Positions 14,323 to 28,891 are shown, counted from the stretch's first letter. The stretch is 64,000 bases of DNA from Dicyema japonicum (GCA_011109175.1 RDEW01000008.1:264588-328587); one strand, 5' to 3'. Translations and numbers: made by a program. The notes: generated from the letters alone by a model not told the origin.

Positions 14323-14574
14323 TTATATGTTGTTGGTTAAATGCACTCCCGCGTTACCCATAAAATATGGTTCCACATGTGCAGTGCTCTTCACTATCCG
14401 ATCTACCAGTTTGCTTAATGTAACTTTCCTCTCAGCAATGTCTCTGCATTTATCAAAGAAATTCATGTATAAGGTCTCCTGTTTGGTTTTCGAAGCTAAG
14501 TTGTAATTGTAACGGGGTAGAATAGATAGACTGAGAGTACGATAAAGACAGTCATTATTAGAGGTTTCAACCAC
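14323..14574 (-). pseudogene. Possible OTU-like cysteine protease remnant
   Basis: SNNDCLYRTLSLSI resembles the OTU D.NCL(Y/F)R.LS motif. No downstream catalytic His recognised. Confidence 0.25.
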
Positions 14575-15199
14575 TCAACCAACATATACCTTATATGTGT
14601 AGTCTTTTAGAACCAATCATCCCTATCCACGCACATTAACTCCAAGTTTATTTGAGCATATTCGAAATCAAGCTAAATTTAAAATATTTTCGGGATATTT
14701 TTGAAGTTGGAATAGTCTTTAAAATAATTGTTACTTGATAAAATTTTATTATTCGAGCTATGTGTCCGTCCTTTCACAAAGAGTTTGTAGTTGTGAGTTT
14801 ACAATTCTGGGTTTTGCCAATTTAAAGATTGCCCAATTTGCGAGGGTCACACCTGGAGCTAAAAGGGAAGAGGAGGAACAGAAGAAACAAACAAAAAATC
14901 TTCAAGTAACAACATCACCACATTAACGTTGACGCCACGTGGTATAGTGTAAATCTCTAACCTAAATAGAAAAGAACTTCTGAGTATCCGTTAATTAATA
15001 AAAGTAACTATATTAAGGATTACTCTCAAAGATTCGCCTCCTCTTTGGGTCTGACTCGATCACCTAGGTCGTACTTTCCAATTTCTCAGCCACCACTTAA
15101 ATAATTAATTTATATATTTGCATGAATTCCTAATTTATAATATTCTTGATTAGTCAATTTATTTTTTTCAGGAAAGTTTATAACATTGATTCAAAAATA

Positions 15200-15545
15200 T
15201 TACTAAATGGGTTTTTCATATTTTGATGGAGATCCACCGACAGCTGATTCAGCCGGGGGCAAGCTAATGTTCGATTACATACTTTCGAGAGTTCTTTGGA
15301 GCACAACTGATTCGTTTAAGTCATCATTGCTTCTCCAATGGATAGTCATCCATATAATTCTTGAAGCCGTCCCACGTCATACCCAGGGAATAATCTTTAT
15401 TGGCATTCGTAGAGAACCAAGAACTCACTTCCAAGGAGGTTGTACATATAATTCTTGAAGCCGTCCCACGGCATACCCAGGGAATAATCTTTATTGCCAT
15501 TCGTAGAGAACCAAGAACTCACTTCCAAGGAGGTTGTACTTATGA
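15200..15545 (-). mobile_element. R4/NeSL-like retroelement C-terminal fragment
   Basis: Minus strand KYNLLGSEFLVLYEC..KIIP.V(M)TWDG (frameshifted) matches the tail of the 30850-31605 family. Confidence 0.55.
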
Positions 15546-16599
15546 TATTTTCCGAATTAACTTGTTTTAGGCGGTCCTGATATTTAATAACCAGAAAAAT
15601 TATATCTAAGTTTTTTTTATGACTGAAGACTGAGGGTGATTTTGAGATTTAAATAAATGGAAAACTATCCCCTTGCAGCCCAATAATATTCTAAGTAAAC
15701 TTTAATTTTCTGGGAAAATTTTCTCACGATGTGAAAAGTGTTCTGGTTAGTGAACTTCAAAACGTTAATGATCTCGTCCTCGTGCCAATCGTCAAGGAAT
15801 ACTTATGCTGTATAACGAACCATTAAACGCGGCGGTATAGAACAAATGTGTTTTTGGGTTTTTTCCTAGTCGCATCAAACAACGGGGAACTCTCATCAAC
15901 TCTTCCATTCTTTTCCTAATGACAAGCATTACAAGAGGTACACTCCCTTGTGAATCATCTAAACTGAGAAACCGTGCTTTTCTTAAATTAAATAAAAGAC
16001 TTAAGAAATTTAAGTAATACAAGACCATCCACGTTTTGTCAACATAAAAAATAATCTATTAGTCAGCATATTGTTTATGAATCGTTAGGATGAACTGGTG
16101 GACGCAGTTCTGTTACACTAACTGTCATCATCCTATCAAGGCATCTGTAACTTTTCGTTCACCTTCTTAATGGACTAAGAAGAGTCGGTAACGCGAGTTT
16201 TCTTGAAATGCTCCACATTTATCCGTAAAACATGGGGTTGTCGAAAAAGCAAAAATCCCTGAATTATCATCAGTAAGTAGATGTTGAGCTTTGTATTATA
16301 ACTACTTGAAGTCAATATTTATCACTGATTCATTCTGAGATCTATTCCACGTGTCAGTGGAGTTGAGAACTTGGGAAATAATGTCATTGAAAATAAGCAA
16401 TTAAAATAATTTATAATTCGCACGAAACTACGCAAACTGTAGGGGCATAGTTCACTGACATAGTAGATGGTCAAGAAGACATCTTTGTAGTCAATTCAAG
16501 GTCTTTACAGTATATAATCCGCCTCATTGACTTATCATTAAACTCACAGAACCAAAGAATATCGTATTAACTGAGTTGCTATTTATGCTTAAGATCATT

Positions 16600-16730
16600 T
16601 ACAACAGACGTCTCAAGCATTCCCTGTCCACTGCATGCGACCGTAGTCCTCTAGGTCGTCTGTATAAGCGAGTTTCTTTCCAATCATCTTTAGGTCCTTG
16701 TTGAGGCCCACAGAGAGTGACTAATTGATT
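16600..16730 (-). mobile_element. RTE 3'-end remnant
   Basis: LSVGLNKDLKMIGKKLAYTDDLED resembles the RTE tail LP.TLN.DLK.IG..L...DDL. Confidence 0.45.
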
Positions 16731-17199
16731 TATGACAGATTAATTCATCCATCGGATATTTATTATCATTAAGGTTTTCGAATTAAGTTATTTTTGGCTT
16801 TCTCTTAGGTTTTCAAATCAATAAGTGATTTTAATTTATCTAAAAAACCTCTAGATCGCTTAAGCTGATACTCGTGAGAATGGTATCCTCCACTGCTCCT
16901 CTCATTGGGCATTGAGTTAGTTCATACAGAAAATTATTTAATGAAATGAAAATTCCAAGTGACCAAGTATTACCAAGCTAGCGACTCACATGATACTGAC
17001 ACGCTCGAGTAGAGACCTCTAACTCGATGGTTCTCCTTCGAGCCCACATAAACGCATGTTGAACGCAGAACTGGATGCTTGTAGTTGAACTGTCACGCCC
17101 TCAGTTCTTATGAATTAAAGATTCCGGTGACGTTAAAAGAAAACCTTCCAAAGTAAATCGTTCCGTAGCTTTTAATGCTCTTTCGTTCCGTAATTTAAT

Positions 17200-17620
17200 C
17201 TAAGTTATCAAAATTGCTTGATGCTCCTCTATCAATCCTATGTAAGCTCGTTGGGTATGGCCTTCTTCTGATCATGTTGGATCAAGTCTCCTCCGTTATT
17301 CCATCGGATTAGGATCTCCTAGGGTGTCAGCATCATATTAATTTTGTCCATAGACCACTCTCTGTCACTCCGTGATTTTTCCAGCATTAGTCTAAAAGAT
17401 CGAAGGCATTATATATTTCCGACATGCTGTGAGAAACACACGTGTTTATCGAAGATCATTCCAGGGATTTTTGCCATTTCTGGCAATGTTTCCCATCCAA
17501 GTTAATTTCAATTGACTTGTTTGACATTTTCTTGTCCAAGGTGAATAGGGATAAAAGGATTATTCAGGGATGATTTTGAGTTGGTCGTGGCCATTAATAC
17601 GGAGGAATCCATCAACTTAT
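17200..17620 (-). mobile_element. Degenerate jockey/I-group LINE RT-thumb fragment
   Basis: NSKSS...IPGMIFDKHVCFSQHV, homologous to the KILG.TFD..SF..H region of other copies. Confidence 0.45.
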
Positions 17621-17732
17621 AATTTCACACTGCACTTTTAAAATAGAACATTTAAAAAATAATAAATATAATATATTCTTAAAATTAATTAGAATTATTA
17701 AAATAATAAAATCAATTCTAACCACTGTGTGC

Positions 17733-18784
<1,052 letters not shown>

Positions 18785-18999
18785 TTACTAATTTGACTGT
18801 CTAATTTTTATTATCTGAGATGGTATTTGCAGTTTACTGCTTAATTTTTACTCGGAAGCTATTGCCCGTCGTTATTGATTAGATTTTCGTTTATCTTTAT
18901 GACTAGGAAATTCTCATTATCTATTTATTCCTCCTAATAAATAAATGCACTTTATTGATTAATTTCTTTGTTATTGACCTCGCTTAGAATACAACCTAG

Positions 19000-19085
19000 T
19001 GTTTCGTTTGCGCCGCTGGATATTTGAGAGAATCTTGCTCGCATCTTGAGAGGGAATAGCACGTAGTCAGGGCTATTTGTGTGAG
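19000..19085 (+). mobile_element. Short CRE-type 3'-end copy
   Basis: cgctggatatttgagagaatctt...atcttgagagggaatagcac..agtcagggc, similar to 56050-56146. Confidence 0.55.
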
Positions 19086-20199
19086 CTTTTTGTTTATTTC
19101 GTTTTTAATTAAATTTCAAATTTGTCAAAAAACCTAGTTTCATGTTTTGTTTTTACAAAGAAATTCAATCAAATGCTTTTTGAGTTGGTCTTGTGATGAT
19201 AATCTTTCAAGGGTATCCGCATATCATCTCCAATTATGGAACATTTCAACATTGGGAATAAGTTTATTATCATCGACTATCAGTGATCGTCGGTTTCAAT
19301 GACAATAATATCTGTCGAATAGATTAAGGTTCGAACTGGATAAGATACGAAGTTTGATTGAATGTCACACAACACTGAAAATTCCTGTATTTTAGTATTT
19401 TTAGCAACTACTGACTATAATCTTACACTTTTGATCTCAATGCTGACAATCAAATCAATCTCCTACATGTTACAACCTGTATAGGTTTCAAATCGGAATT
19501 TTAGTGTATCCTACACTGAAAATTAGTATATCCTATGTCTGATAAGCATACAAAATAGGAAGGATGACAGGTTACATTTGTCATGATGACATTTAGTCAT
19601 GTAGAACTAAGTCGTCATCTAAATTTCATGCTTATTAACCTAAGGTGAAAGTCAATTAACTTTCACAAATTTAATATAATTTTAGCTGATGACCACTGGT
19701 ATGTGTGATTCTATGTCGTCATTGTTTATGTCACGCACGGCCGCGGCGATCCAAGGCAAGTAAATCTTCAACCCAGATATTGGTGATGTCCACATCGAAT
19801 GGTGGAGATTTCCAGTATAACGGTATTTGGGAGCAATGACTCTCAGTCGCTGACGAGGTCAGCAGCGTAGTACTTTGCCGTCTTCATGGTACGGTTCAAT
19901 GGGAGAACATGAATGATTCACAGGGTACATCATTTGTGGGGCGTTTTGTATTCTGTAAAAGTAGATATTAATATCCATAAAGTTACCAGAATACTTTAGT
20001 CACAACAGCGCATCAATAACACGAGAAACTATCTGTGTGGTAAGTTTCTCCAGTTTCTGTTGTTTACTGTCAGTGCAAGTAATTCATTGAGGTTAAGACA
20101 TTTCCCAATTCATTTAAGACTTATGCTGTGAAGAATAATTTGTGGTTATTTCGAAGGCAAAAAGTGTCGAACAATCAAATATCGAAATCTCCTTTGTCT

Positions 20200-20560
20200 T
20201 TACACGGCCGCTGTGGTAAGCATAACCACTGTGCGACCAGAAAGTTTCACAGAAACATTCTTTGATTTGCTGTAAGTTCCTCTAAATAACCACTGCTGGG
20301 TTGATATGCGCGCATGGTTATTCTTTCGTTTAGAACTAGACTTTCGTCTATTACTACAATCATTCCTTCACCACCTATCATTGATTGTATGGATAATACC
20401 GTTTTTGATATGATTGTTGCAATCAATGAATGCGCATAGATCTTTTATAGGGAAATGTCCCCTTTTCTTGTAACAATTTAATTGAATCTTCATTATTTTG
20501 AGGCAGAAGACGGATTAATGGGTTGTCGTATAAACAATAAACACAAAGTGAGATATTTAA
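20200..20560 (-). mobile_element. Merlin (IS1016-like/ISXO2) transposase remnant, copy 1
   Basis: MIGGEGMIVVIDES...KRKNNHAR...QQWLFRG matches Merlin IGG.G.IVEIDES.F.KRKYNRGR...WVFGG. Frameshifted. Confidence 0.65.
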
Positions 20561-21479
20561 AATAAAAAATTCAAAAAAATAAATTAAATATAAATCAATC
20601 GTACAATTTTTTTTATTTTAATATTAGCTTTTTAACTAAAAATCACAATATATTGATTTTGACGCTGAAATGTGGCTACCTGTCTTTACAGCATATGATG
20701 TTTGAAAGAAGTGATACGAGGATGTCATCTAATCTTCTTTATAAGAGGACAAAGACCTAAGAAATTTCTAATGAGATTCTGGATACACGATGGAGGCTTT
20801 TCGACCATATTCTGCGACTGAAATTAGTAAAAAAGGTCATCAACAAATTCTCTGTGTTTTTGTGCACTAACCTCTATAACTTTTATACAATTTCTCCCCC
20901 ACATTGACTCTAACAATAATTCAGCCTTTGTTTCCAATCTACTATTGTGGGGATATTAGGTGGTCAAATTGATCCTACTATGAGACGGATCTCACTAATA
21001 AAGTGATTGATCCCAAAAAAATTATCAAATGTGTTTTACTTTAGTAAAGTTAATAAATTCCGCATATTAGATTCAGTCAANTGCTATTGTGGGGATATTA
21101 GGTTGTCAAATTGATCCTACTATGAGACGGATCTCACTAATAAAGTGATTGATCCCAAAAAAATTATCAAATGTGTTTTATTTTAGTAAAGTTAATAAAT
21201 TCCGCATATTAAATTTAGTCAAGATTGCTTTAATATCGAAATGATATCTGAACCATCACAAAAGTTCTTGTATCTCCCGCTAGCTGGGTCCGATCTCCCA
21301 AAAAATTCAAAACCCTTTTCTTTCTTTAGTATATAGTTCCTCCGAAAAAAATTAGCTTGATCCGTCCCGTAGTTTGGGAGNGTCTGAAGACATAGGCTGT
21401 GAGGAGTAATTTGTGGTTATTTCGAAGGCAAAAAGTGTCGAACAAGCATATATCGAAATCTCCTTTGTTTTTATAAGGC

Positions 21480-21830
21480 CGCTGTGGTAAGCATAACCAC
21501 TGTGCGACCAGGAATTTCCACATAAAACATTTTTTAATTTGCTGCAATTTCCTCTAAATAACCATTGCTGGGTTAATATGCGCCCATGGTTATTCTTTCG
21601 TTTAGAAATAGCCTTTCATCTATTTCTACAATCATTCCTACACCACCTATCATTGATTTTATGTATGAAACCGTTTTTGATATGATTGTTGCAATCAATG
21701 AATGCGCACAGATCTTTTATAGGGAAATATCCCCTTTTCTTGTAACAATTTAATTGAATCTTCATTATTTGAGGCAGAAGACGAATTGATAGGTTGTCGC
21801 ATGAAGAATAAACACAAAGTGGGATATTTT
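21480..21830 (-). mobile_element. Merlin transposase remnant, copy 2 (part of an approximately 1.2-kb duplication, 20130-21240 vs 21405-22490)
   Basis: Close but non-identical copy of 20200-20560. Confidence 0.6.
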
Positions 21831-23319
21831 AAATAAAAAATTCAAAAAATAAATTAAAATATAAATCAATTGTAAAATTTTTTTTATTTTAATATTAGCT
21901 TTTTAACTAAAAATCACAATATATTGATTTTGACGCTGAAATGTGGCTACCTGTCTTTACAGCATAAGATGTTTGAAAGAAGTGATACGAGGATGTCATC
22001 TAATCTTTTTTATCTAAGAAATTTCTAATGAGATTCTGGATATACGATGGAGGCTTTTCGGCCATATTCTGCGACTGAAATTAGTAAAAAAGGTCATCAG
22101 CTAATTCTCTGTGTTTTTGTGCACTAACCTCTATAACTTTTATACAATTTCTCCCCCACATTGACTCTAACAGTAATTCAGCCTTTGTTTCCAATCTACT
22201 ATTGTGGGGATATTAGGTTGTCAAATTGATCCTACTATGAGACGGATCTCACTAATAAAGTGATTGATCCCAAAAAATTATCAAATGTGTTTTATTTTAG
22301 TAAAGTTAATAAATTCCGCATATTAAATTTAGTCAAGATTGCTTTAATATCGAAATGATATCTGAACCATCACAAAAGTTCATGTATCTCCCGCTAGCTG
22401 GGTCCGATCTCCCAAAAAATTCAAAACCTTTTTCTTTCTTTAGTATATAGTTCCTCCGAAAAAAATTAGCTTGATCCGTCCCGTAGTTTGGGAGATCTGG
22501 TCCCCTAGAAAAGCAATTTCGATTATTTGGAATGGATCATCGACTATGTTAAGCAAATTACTCAAGATTTTGAAGGTCTTGGGACTGACTTGAGATTACT
22601 TAAAATCTTTATAAAGCTAATTAAGTTTATTTACATTATTTAAAACGCTGTATAACTTATTAAANATCAACTATGTTAAGCAAATTACTCAAGATTTTGA
22701 AAATCCTGGGACTGACTTGAGATTACTTAAAATCTTTATAAAGCTAATTAAGATTATTTACATTATTTAAAATACTGTATAACTTATTAAACACCTCAGA
22801 GTACATGGATTTGTCAGTTACCCTCCATAAAATGTCCACATTTTTCGACCAAAGAAGTAACCGATTGCAACCAGACGGTACTCTTAGTATTACTTACAAT
22901 TATAATGAATTTTAGTTATATTATATCTCACTTTTGAAAAAGTTTTTTGACCACGTGCTTTCTAGCTTTTTGTGGGACACTTTTATTTTGATTTAAAGTG
23001 CTTAGGAGACTTGAAATAAGTATTTTATTATTGCATTTGTAGGAAGAAAAGTGTTTAAATAAACAGTTTAAAAAAATCAAGTTTTGATTTTTTACCCACG
23101 TGGGCTGTCTCCCATTGTCCCCCATCTCAGGGATCTCTGGGTTCTTGTATTAATGCCTAGAAATGATTAAAGTTGAAAGTTTATGAAATTAACATTGAAG
23201 GTCACGCCACTTGACAGGAGTGATATTAATCGAAATTTCACGAAACTCAAAGTCTTCATTTGTGATCCCTGGGAGACCTAAGGTCAGGACAAGTATGCCA
23301 GTCTTAAAGGGGCAACATA

Positions 23320-24080
23320 TATGCAAGTGCGTAGCCGAAAAAAGTTGGGGCAAGTGGGGTCAAATCCCGGAGAANGACTACAAGAATACCTTCACAGGAT
23401 TCAAATTTGGCTAAATTATAACCGGCTTGATATATCGATTGAAAAATCTTCTTCGTCCTTATTTACCTCAGAGAAACGACTTGGACAAATGACAGTGGAT
23501 ATATTTATCAACCAGACAAAAATACATTTCACAAAGAAACTGAAAATCTTGGGGATCACCTTCGACACAAACATTTCCTTTTCATCTCATATCTCCGGGA
23601 TGTCAAGAAGCTGCTCAAGAATTCTAGGGATAATCAAATCTATTTTTGATGATATTAAGACCTTCTTCAAGCATTGAAATTATTGTACAAACAATTAATT
23701 GAGCGATCTGTCAGCTATGCCTTTGTGTCATAGAGAATCAATCTGTACTGGACAAACAAACAAACAATCAGCGACATTCAGTCATTGACATACACTACTA
23801 TTAATAATCTCGGGGAACTAATTCCCTCATCACTTGAAGACCTTATCTCACAAAATGAAAGGGATTTGCTTCCCTGCGCAGTCAGTGCAACTCNAGAGAA
23901 TCAATCTTTCCTGGACAAACAAACAAACAATCAGCGACATTCAGTCATTGACATACACTACTATTAGTAATCTCGGGGAACTAATTCCCTCATCACTTGA
24001 TGACCTTATCTCACGAAAAGAAAGGGATTTGCTTCCCTGCGCAGTCAGTGCAACTCCCAGCAGTACACAGCCATGAGGTG
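23320..24080 (+). mobile_element. Jockey/I-group LINE RT C-terminal portion
   Basis: LQEYLHRIQIWLNYNRLDISIEKSS...KLKILGITFDTNISFSSHI. Confidence 0.75.
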
Positions 24081-24769
24081 TTTTATGAGAAGTGTATACA
24101 TCACCCCTCTCCAATTTCCTTTTTCCAAATAATCCGGCCTACATAGAAGTTGCATTAGATCCTAGAAGGCTCACAAGACGAAAATGAGAAATTTGATAGA
24201 GGCCTTCGAGATCACTTAATTATTTTAGTAATTAAATTAACTATTGGTGTTCTTGGGTAAGTAATAATGCAAACATGGCCACGTGATGCTATGTGGATGG
24301 TTTGTCAAAAATTATTTTCCATCCTTTCCGATTGCGTCATTGGATCCACCTTACTGAGGAGACGCTCGTCTGACCGGCATCAAAAGGAACCAACTATTCT
24401 TCCCCGGAGGACAATGCCGTTACCTGGAGACAAGTTCTGGTGGAACGAGTCGGGATCAAGGAGTTAGTTAGTTTGGTTCCNTTATTTTCCATCCTTTCCG
24501 ATTGCGTCATTGGATCCACCTTACTGAGGAGACGCTCGCCTGACCGGCATCAAAAGGAATCAACTATTCTTCCCCTAAGGACAATGCCGTTACCTGGAGA
24601 CAAGTTCTGGTGGAACGAGTCGGGATCAAGGAGTTAGTTAGTTTGGTTCCCTTTGTCCTTGAATAAATTTAATTTAATTGAGGAATAGCGATATAAGAAA
24701 ATTTTAATTGAATCTAAAATAATATTTTTTTATTAACATTTAAATTTAAATAAATAATTAGCTTATCAA

Positions 24770-25963
24770 ATGTCGTATAAAGTTATTGTTGCCGAAGAAA
24801 ATATGTCAGAACATGGGGATATAACTCCTGAAGATCACTGGTTTAACTTCTCAGACATTCCAAAAATCGTTGTTATTGGTGACCACGGGTATTCTACTTT
24901 TTTGAAACCTAGTTGTGGAAAAACATCCTTTATTAATTACTTTCTAAAGAGAAGTGGAAGCAGGCCGACCAGGTCAGTTAAAGCTTTCGGTATTTTTGTG
25001 GCTTGTTATAAACAGATTTGTCAAAATATTCTTTTTTCAACCTCCAAATAGTGGACACTCCTGGACTGGACATTATGAGGTGGATCGATGTGAGCGAAGA
25101 TAGTAAAAACTTCCGAAAATTGGTGAAAAATTGCCTGAATCTGATCTGCCTTATCGACATCCATGTAATAGAGACATTTATTCCAGTATCAACTCCCTGG
25201 GACCATTGTCCCTCTGGCAGAGTTTATCAATTTGACCGTGAAGCTGGAACCTAATGTGAACATCACGATAATTCACCACAAACATGACCTTTTATACATA
25301 AACTCATACGAAGAGAGTCTGGGTCACATAAAGTCCTGCGTGGACTCGTGTCTCCAGATCCCTTCCCATAAAAGTCGTGAAATACTGTTTGATCCCTTTT
25401 CATACTAGATACACATGCACCAGTACCACAGATTTATCAATTATCGTAAACTTTACTCACATTTTGAGTCCCCACGTGCGCGTTCATCACGACCTGAGGA
25501 AGCTACTAACAGAGTTCATCACGGTATCCTGTTATTGTAATAATTAGAGGTCGAACCTAGAAAAGGGGTTCATTTTGGACAAGTTCACAAAGACATTGAT
25601 TCTGTCGGAACCTAGTAATTTCGTAATCAAAGACTGCGAGATGTGCTGCCGCATAGCTGGACTCTCTGGGATAATGAGCAGTTCCGTGGAGTTGTAGACT
25701 TTAATTTCAAGTAGGAGAAATTTTGAGCCCACCCCTATATCCTCGATCTTCGAATTCAACCACTGCATCTTTTGTTACAGGGAACTCACCCCCGATCTAG
25801 TTTTGATGTACCAGACCAATCTGTACAAGGAAGGTGGATCATTGAATGACTTTTAGGGAGTTGTGAGCATAATTTTAACTGTCTGAAGGAACTGGTAGTC
25901 AAATTGCTTAAATGCTTCACTGTGTATGGTGGGACCATTATGAATGAAAAACATTCTCTCTGA
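24770..25963 (+). CDS. RRAGC/D: Divergent Rag GTPase of RagC/D (Gtr2) type, about 343 aa, 8 exons
   Basis: Exons 24770-24888, 24913-24989, 25016-25164, 25187-25386, 25409-25523, 25548-25690, 25712-25833, 25857-25963. Introns of 24, 26, 22, 22, 24, 21 (alternatively 24) and 23 nt; spliced length 1032 nt is in frame. P-loop GDHGCGKTS, SKYSFFNLQIVDTPG, HHKHD (G4), TST.D.SI (G5), roadblock domain LEKGFILDKFTK..CEMCC..HNFNC. Confidence 0.85.
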
Positions 25964-26049
25964 TTATTATTTTAAAATCATTTACTTTACAAGATATTAC
26001 ATTTTTCTAACAATTTCTGTATTATTATTTAGAATGCTCGATAATTAAC

Positions 26050-26170
26050 ATTATAATTACAGTTAGCTATCTGTTGAAGGTGCAATGAGAACTTAGATCC
26101 AGTCAATTGTGTTGAAAAGGACTCTCGAAAGCATGCTAATAACACGAACATGGGATGAAGGTTTCTGATA
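26050..26170 (+). mobile_element. R4/NeSL-like extreme 3' remnant
   Basis: IQSIVLKRTLES matches the family tail YIQS.VLKKT.E. Confidence 0.45.
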
Positions 26171-26429
26171 AAGAGTACACCTCTGCTACCTGGTAACTTG
26201 AGGTACTGGAATGCTGTGAGGACATTCCACTAGACTCTAACAGAGATATTTCGACTGACTCTGATTTATACATAAATACTCGGCTCACTACTAGGTGACA
26301 CCAAGGATATTTATCAAAGGAAAACTGGCTACCATATACTTCAAAAAATGTACAACATCTAGATAAGAAGCATGGATCACTGAAACTTTTTCAGACTGTA
26401 CGTATATCGGATCCAACCTTCAGGACGTG

Positions 26430-27530
26430 TCCAAAAAGTCTCCAACAAGAGCTAATTATCTTGTGGCTTAATGGTGTACAGTCACATTTATTTTACAGTC
26501 CATTCCGCGAGATCTTGGATGGCCAGGACATTCCAGTTATGTTTCTTAGATGATTCCTGTGAAATGAGTCTAGCCTCTCCAATTCCTCTTTAGAGGTGGC
26601 CCAGGTCCCAGAGTTGTATAGTAGGATTGGTTTGATAAGAGTGTCGTATAACATAATCCTTTGTTTTATGTTATACCCTTTCCGTTTTAGCAAAAGATTT
26701 TTCAGCCTGTGTAATGCCGCATTTGCCAATGTTTTTCTCCGTATGATGTCTTCGCTATCTCCTAGTAAAGAGCCAAGTTTCTTTATGTGTCTCCATTTCT
26801 CTTCGAGTGAGTTATTCATTCGTCTTATTTCTGTCCGTTCTGTTTTTTCCCTGTTCAAGGTGAGAAACCATTTCCCTAGTATATCTGGTGCTTTTTCTAG
26901 TACATGCTCCAGGAGTTCTTTGTCTTCAGAAATTAGGTCGACATCATCAGCATAAATCACCTTCTATTCTTCCTTGGTATAATGGTCTCAGTTCCCTCAT
27001 AGCAGCCTCCAAGTATATTGTGAATAGTAGCGGAGAAAGGGAGTCTCCTTGAGGAGTGCCTGTGTTTGTTTCAAATTTTCTTGAGTAGGTTTTTCCGACT
27101 CTCACAAGGAGCTCTGTGTTAGATAGAAGGATTTGGATCATTCTTAGACTCGATTCGTCAATAAACCCTTCCAGCACTGTCATCAATTTGTTCCTGTTAA
27201 TTGAGTCAAAGGCTTTTGATAGATCTATTCCCAAAATGTGGGTGGCATTGCAATATCTTTGATGTATCGCACATCTCCATATGTGACTCCAGACTGCATC
27301 AGCTGTTGATCTTCCTTCTCTGAGCCCACTTTGACTTTCGGGTAGGTATTCATAGGCGGGTCCTTTATTCGTTTCAATACAATGTTAGCTAAGACTTTCC
27401 GTAGAGAATTTGATAATATATAGGTCGTAAGTTTTCAACCGGTCTTTTGGATTTATTGGGTTTTTGTATAGGTATTAGTAATCTCGTTCCCAGGGGCAAA
27501 GTTGAGTTAGTTAAAACATTTCATTTAGTA
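26430..27530 (-). mobile_element. RTE-clade LINE reverse transcriptase (one frameshift near 26950)
   Basis: GIDLSKAFDSINR, GTPQGDSLSPLLF, YADD, EEKWRHIKKLGSLLG, LLYNSGTW. Confidence 0.9.
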
Positions 27531-27714
27531 ATGTAGCGATTCGAATCAATATCAAGCTGTAAATATTTAATTTTTAACGTTTTGTCACTTGAAACTTGAA
27601 AAAAACGCACGTTTTTCTTCCTCTTTTAATGATAGCTCGTTTCTAGTTATTTCGTACTCAGCAAAAGGATTCCTCACCCAATCATAGAGTTCAACTGACA
27701 TGGGTGAAAAATAA

Positions 27715-28020
27715 TTATTCGCACATGTAAATGGTGACTCCAAATGGTCTACAATTTNCATAACGGACCGTCCAATTAATGATCGTGGAAAGACGAGGTG
27801 AGCAGACGGATAAGTCCGGAGATGTCACCATGTCCTTCGTGTTGTATGGTGTCCTAGTGTTCTTTATCGGGTTGTTGATGATTATTAAGTTTTGCATTTG
27901 GGATAGTAGCAGGTTTCCTCTGTTATCAGCGGATTGGTAGCGGAACCAAGAAGGGTGCTTCGCATTAAGGTCTCCACATAAAAGCAATAGATGACCGACA
28001 CTTTCATGCAACAAAATCAA
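27715..28020 (-). mobile_element. LINE apurinic-like endonuclease fragment
   Basis: LLCGDLNAKHPSW...RG..L...TSPDLS. Confidence 0.8.
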
Positions 28021-28164
28021 TATATGATAATTTTCTATTTAAAAATTAAATATTTAATTTTTATTTGCCAATATCTTTCCTGAGGAAAAATCCCCTTTTC
28101 CAGTAAAAAATTAATAGGTTAATGCATTACTCCCTATATCAAGCAATAGCAAACTATAACAACA

Positions 28165-28891
28165 GAAATAGAGCCCGTAGAGTCAATCCTTCTACCGAAA
28201 GTACAGATATATTTTGCCGACTTTCCTTATCAGTGTTTATCTATTCACCAAAGGATGCTAACCTTGGAGACCTGCTGCGGTAATTGATACGGTCCAAGTG
28301 ACTGTTAAATTGTTACAGGCGTTTTATGAAACGACAGACATGGATCGGACACGGCAGAAACTGCCATGCTTTGCGGATAAGGTCTCTATGACCAACAACT
28401 TCTCTTCCTCTGGCTATACCATTTCTAGAGAAATCGACCCTTTAAAAAAAAAGATAACTCTTCCCGAAATGCCTACTGTCTTAGACTGTAACTAAAGCGT
28501 CACTGCATAAACAGCCAGCTCAGGTTCGGGAATATTAACCCCATTTTCTTTTCCACTTTGGCTAAAACAGCCATTTCAGATGACTTTTCAACGTGCTTAG
28601 AACTAACTCATGTCTAACTAATGTTCACATGCAACTCTTCTCCACATAGGCCCTCAAAGTTCCCATTTGAGTAATTGCTACTACCACCAAGATCTGCACT
28701 AGAAACTAGCTCCACCTGTATTCACATGCATGGTTTCTGCGCTACCTCCACGCTCTCCTACTCGTTGTGGCCTATCTTTAGCAGGTAAAACTTATCTTGC
28801 TACAACGTCCCGGTATAGGTCAGACGCTACAGCGCCATCCATTTTCAAGGCCAGTTAATTTGACTAGTGAGTTATTGCACACTCCTTAGAG
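28165..28891 (-). rRNA. 28S: Orphan, divergent 28S rRNA fragment (3' part, approximately domain II to D7/D8); probable pseudogene
   Basis: Reverse-complement matches to conserved LSU blocks: ccttggagacctgctgcgg, tgctactaccaccaagatctgcac, cagcgccatccattttca, cacactccttag. Confidence 0.85.

Noticed and set aside
19140-19600. WD40-like fragment (LQLWNIST; ATTDYNLTL)
   Set aside because: In-frame stops and no consistent splice model.
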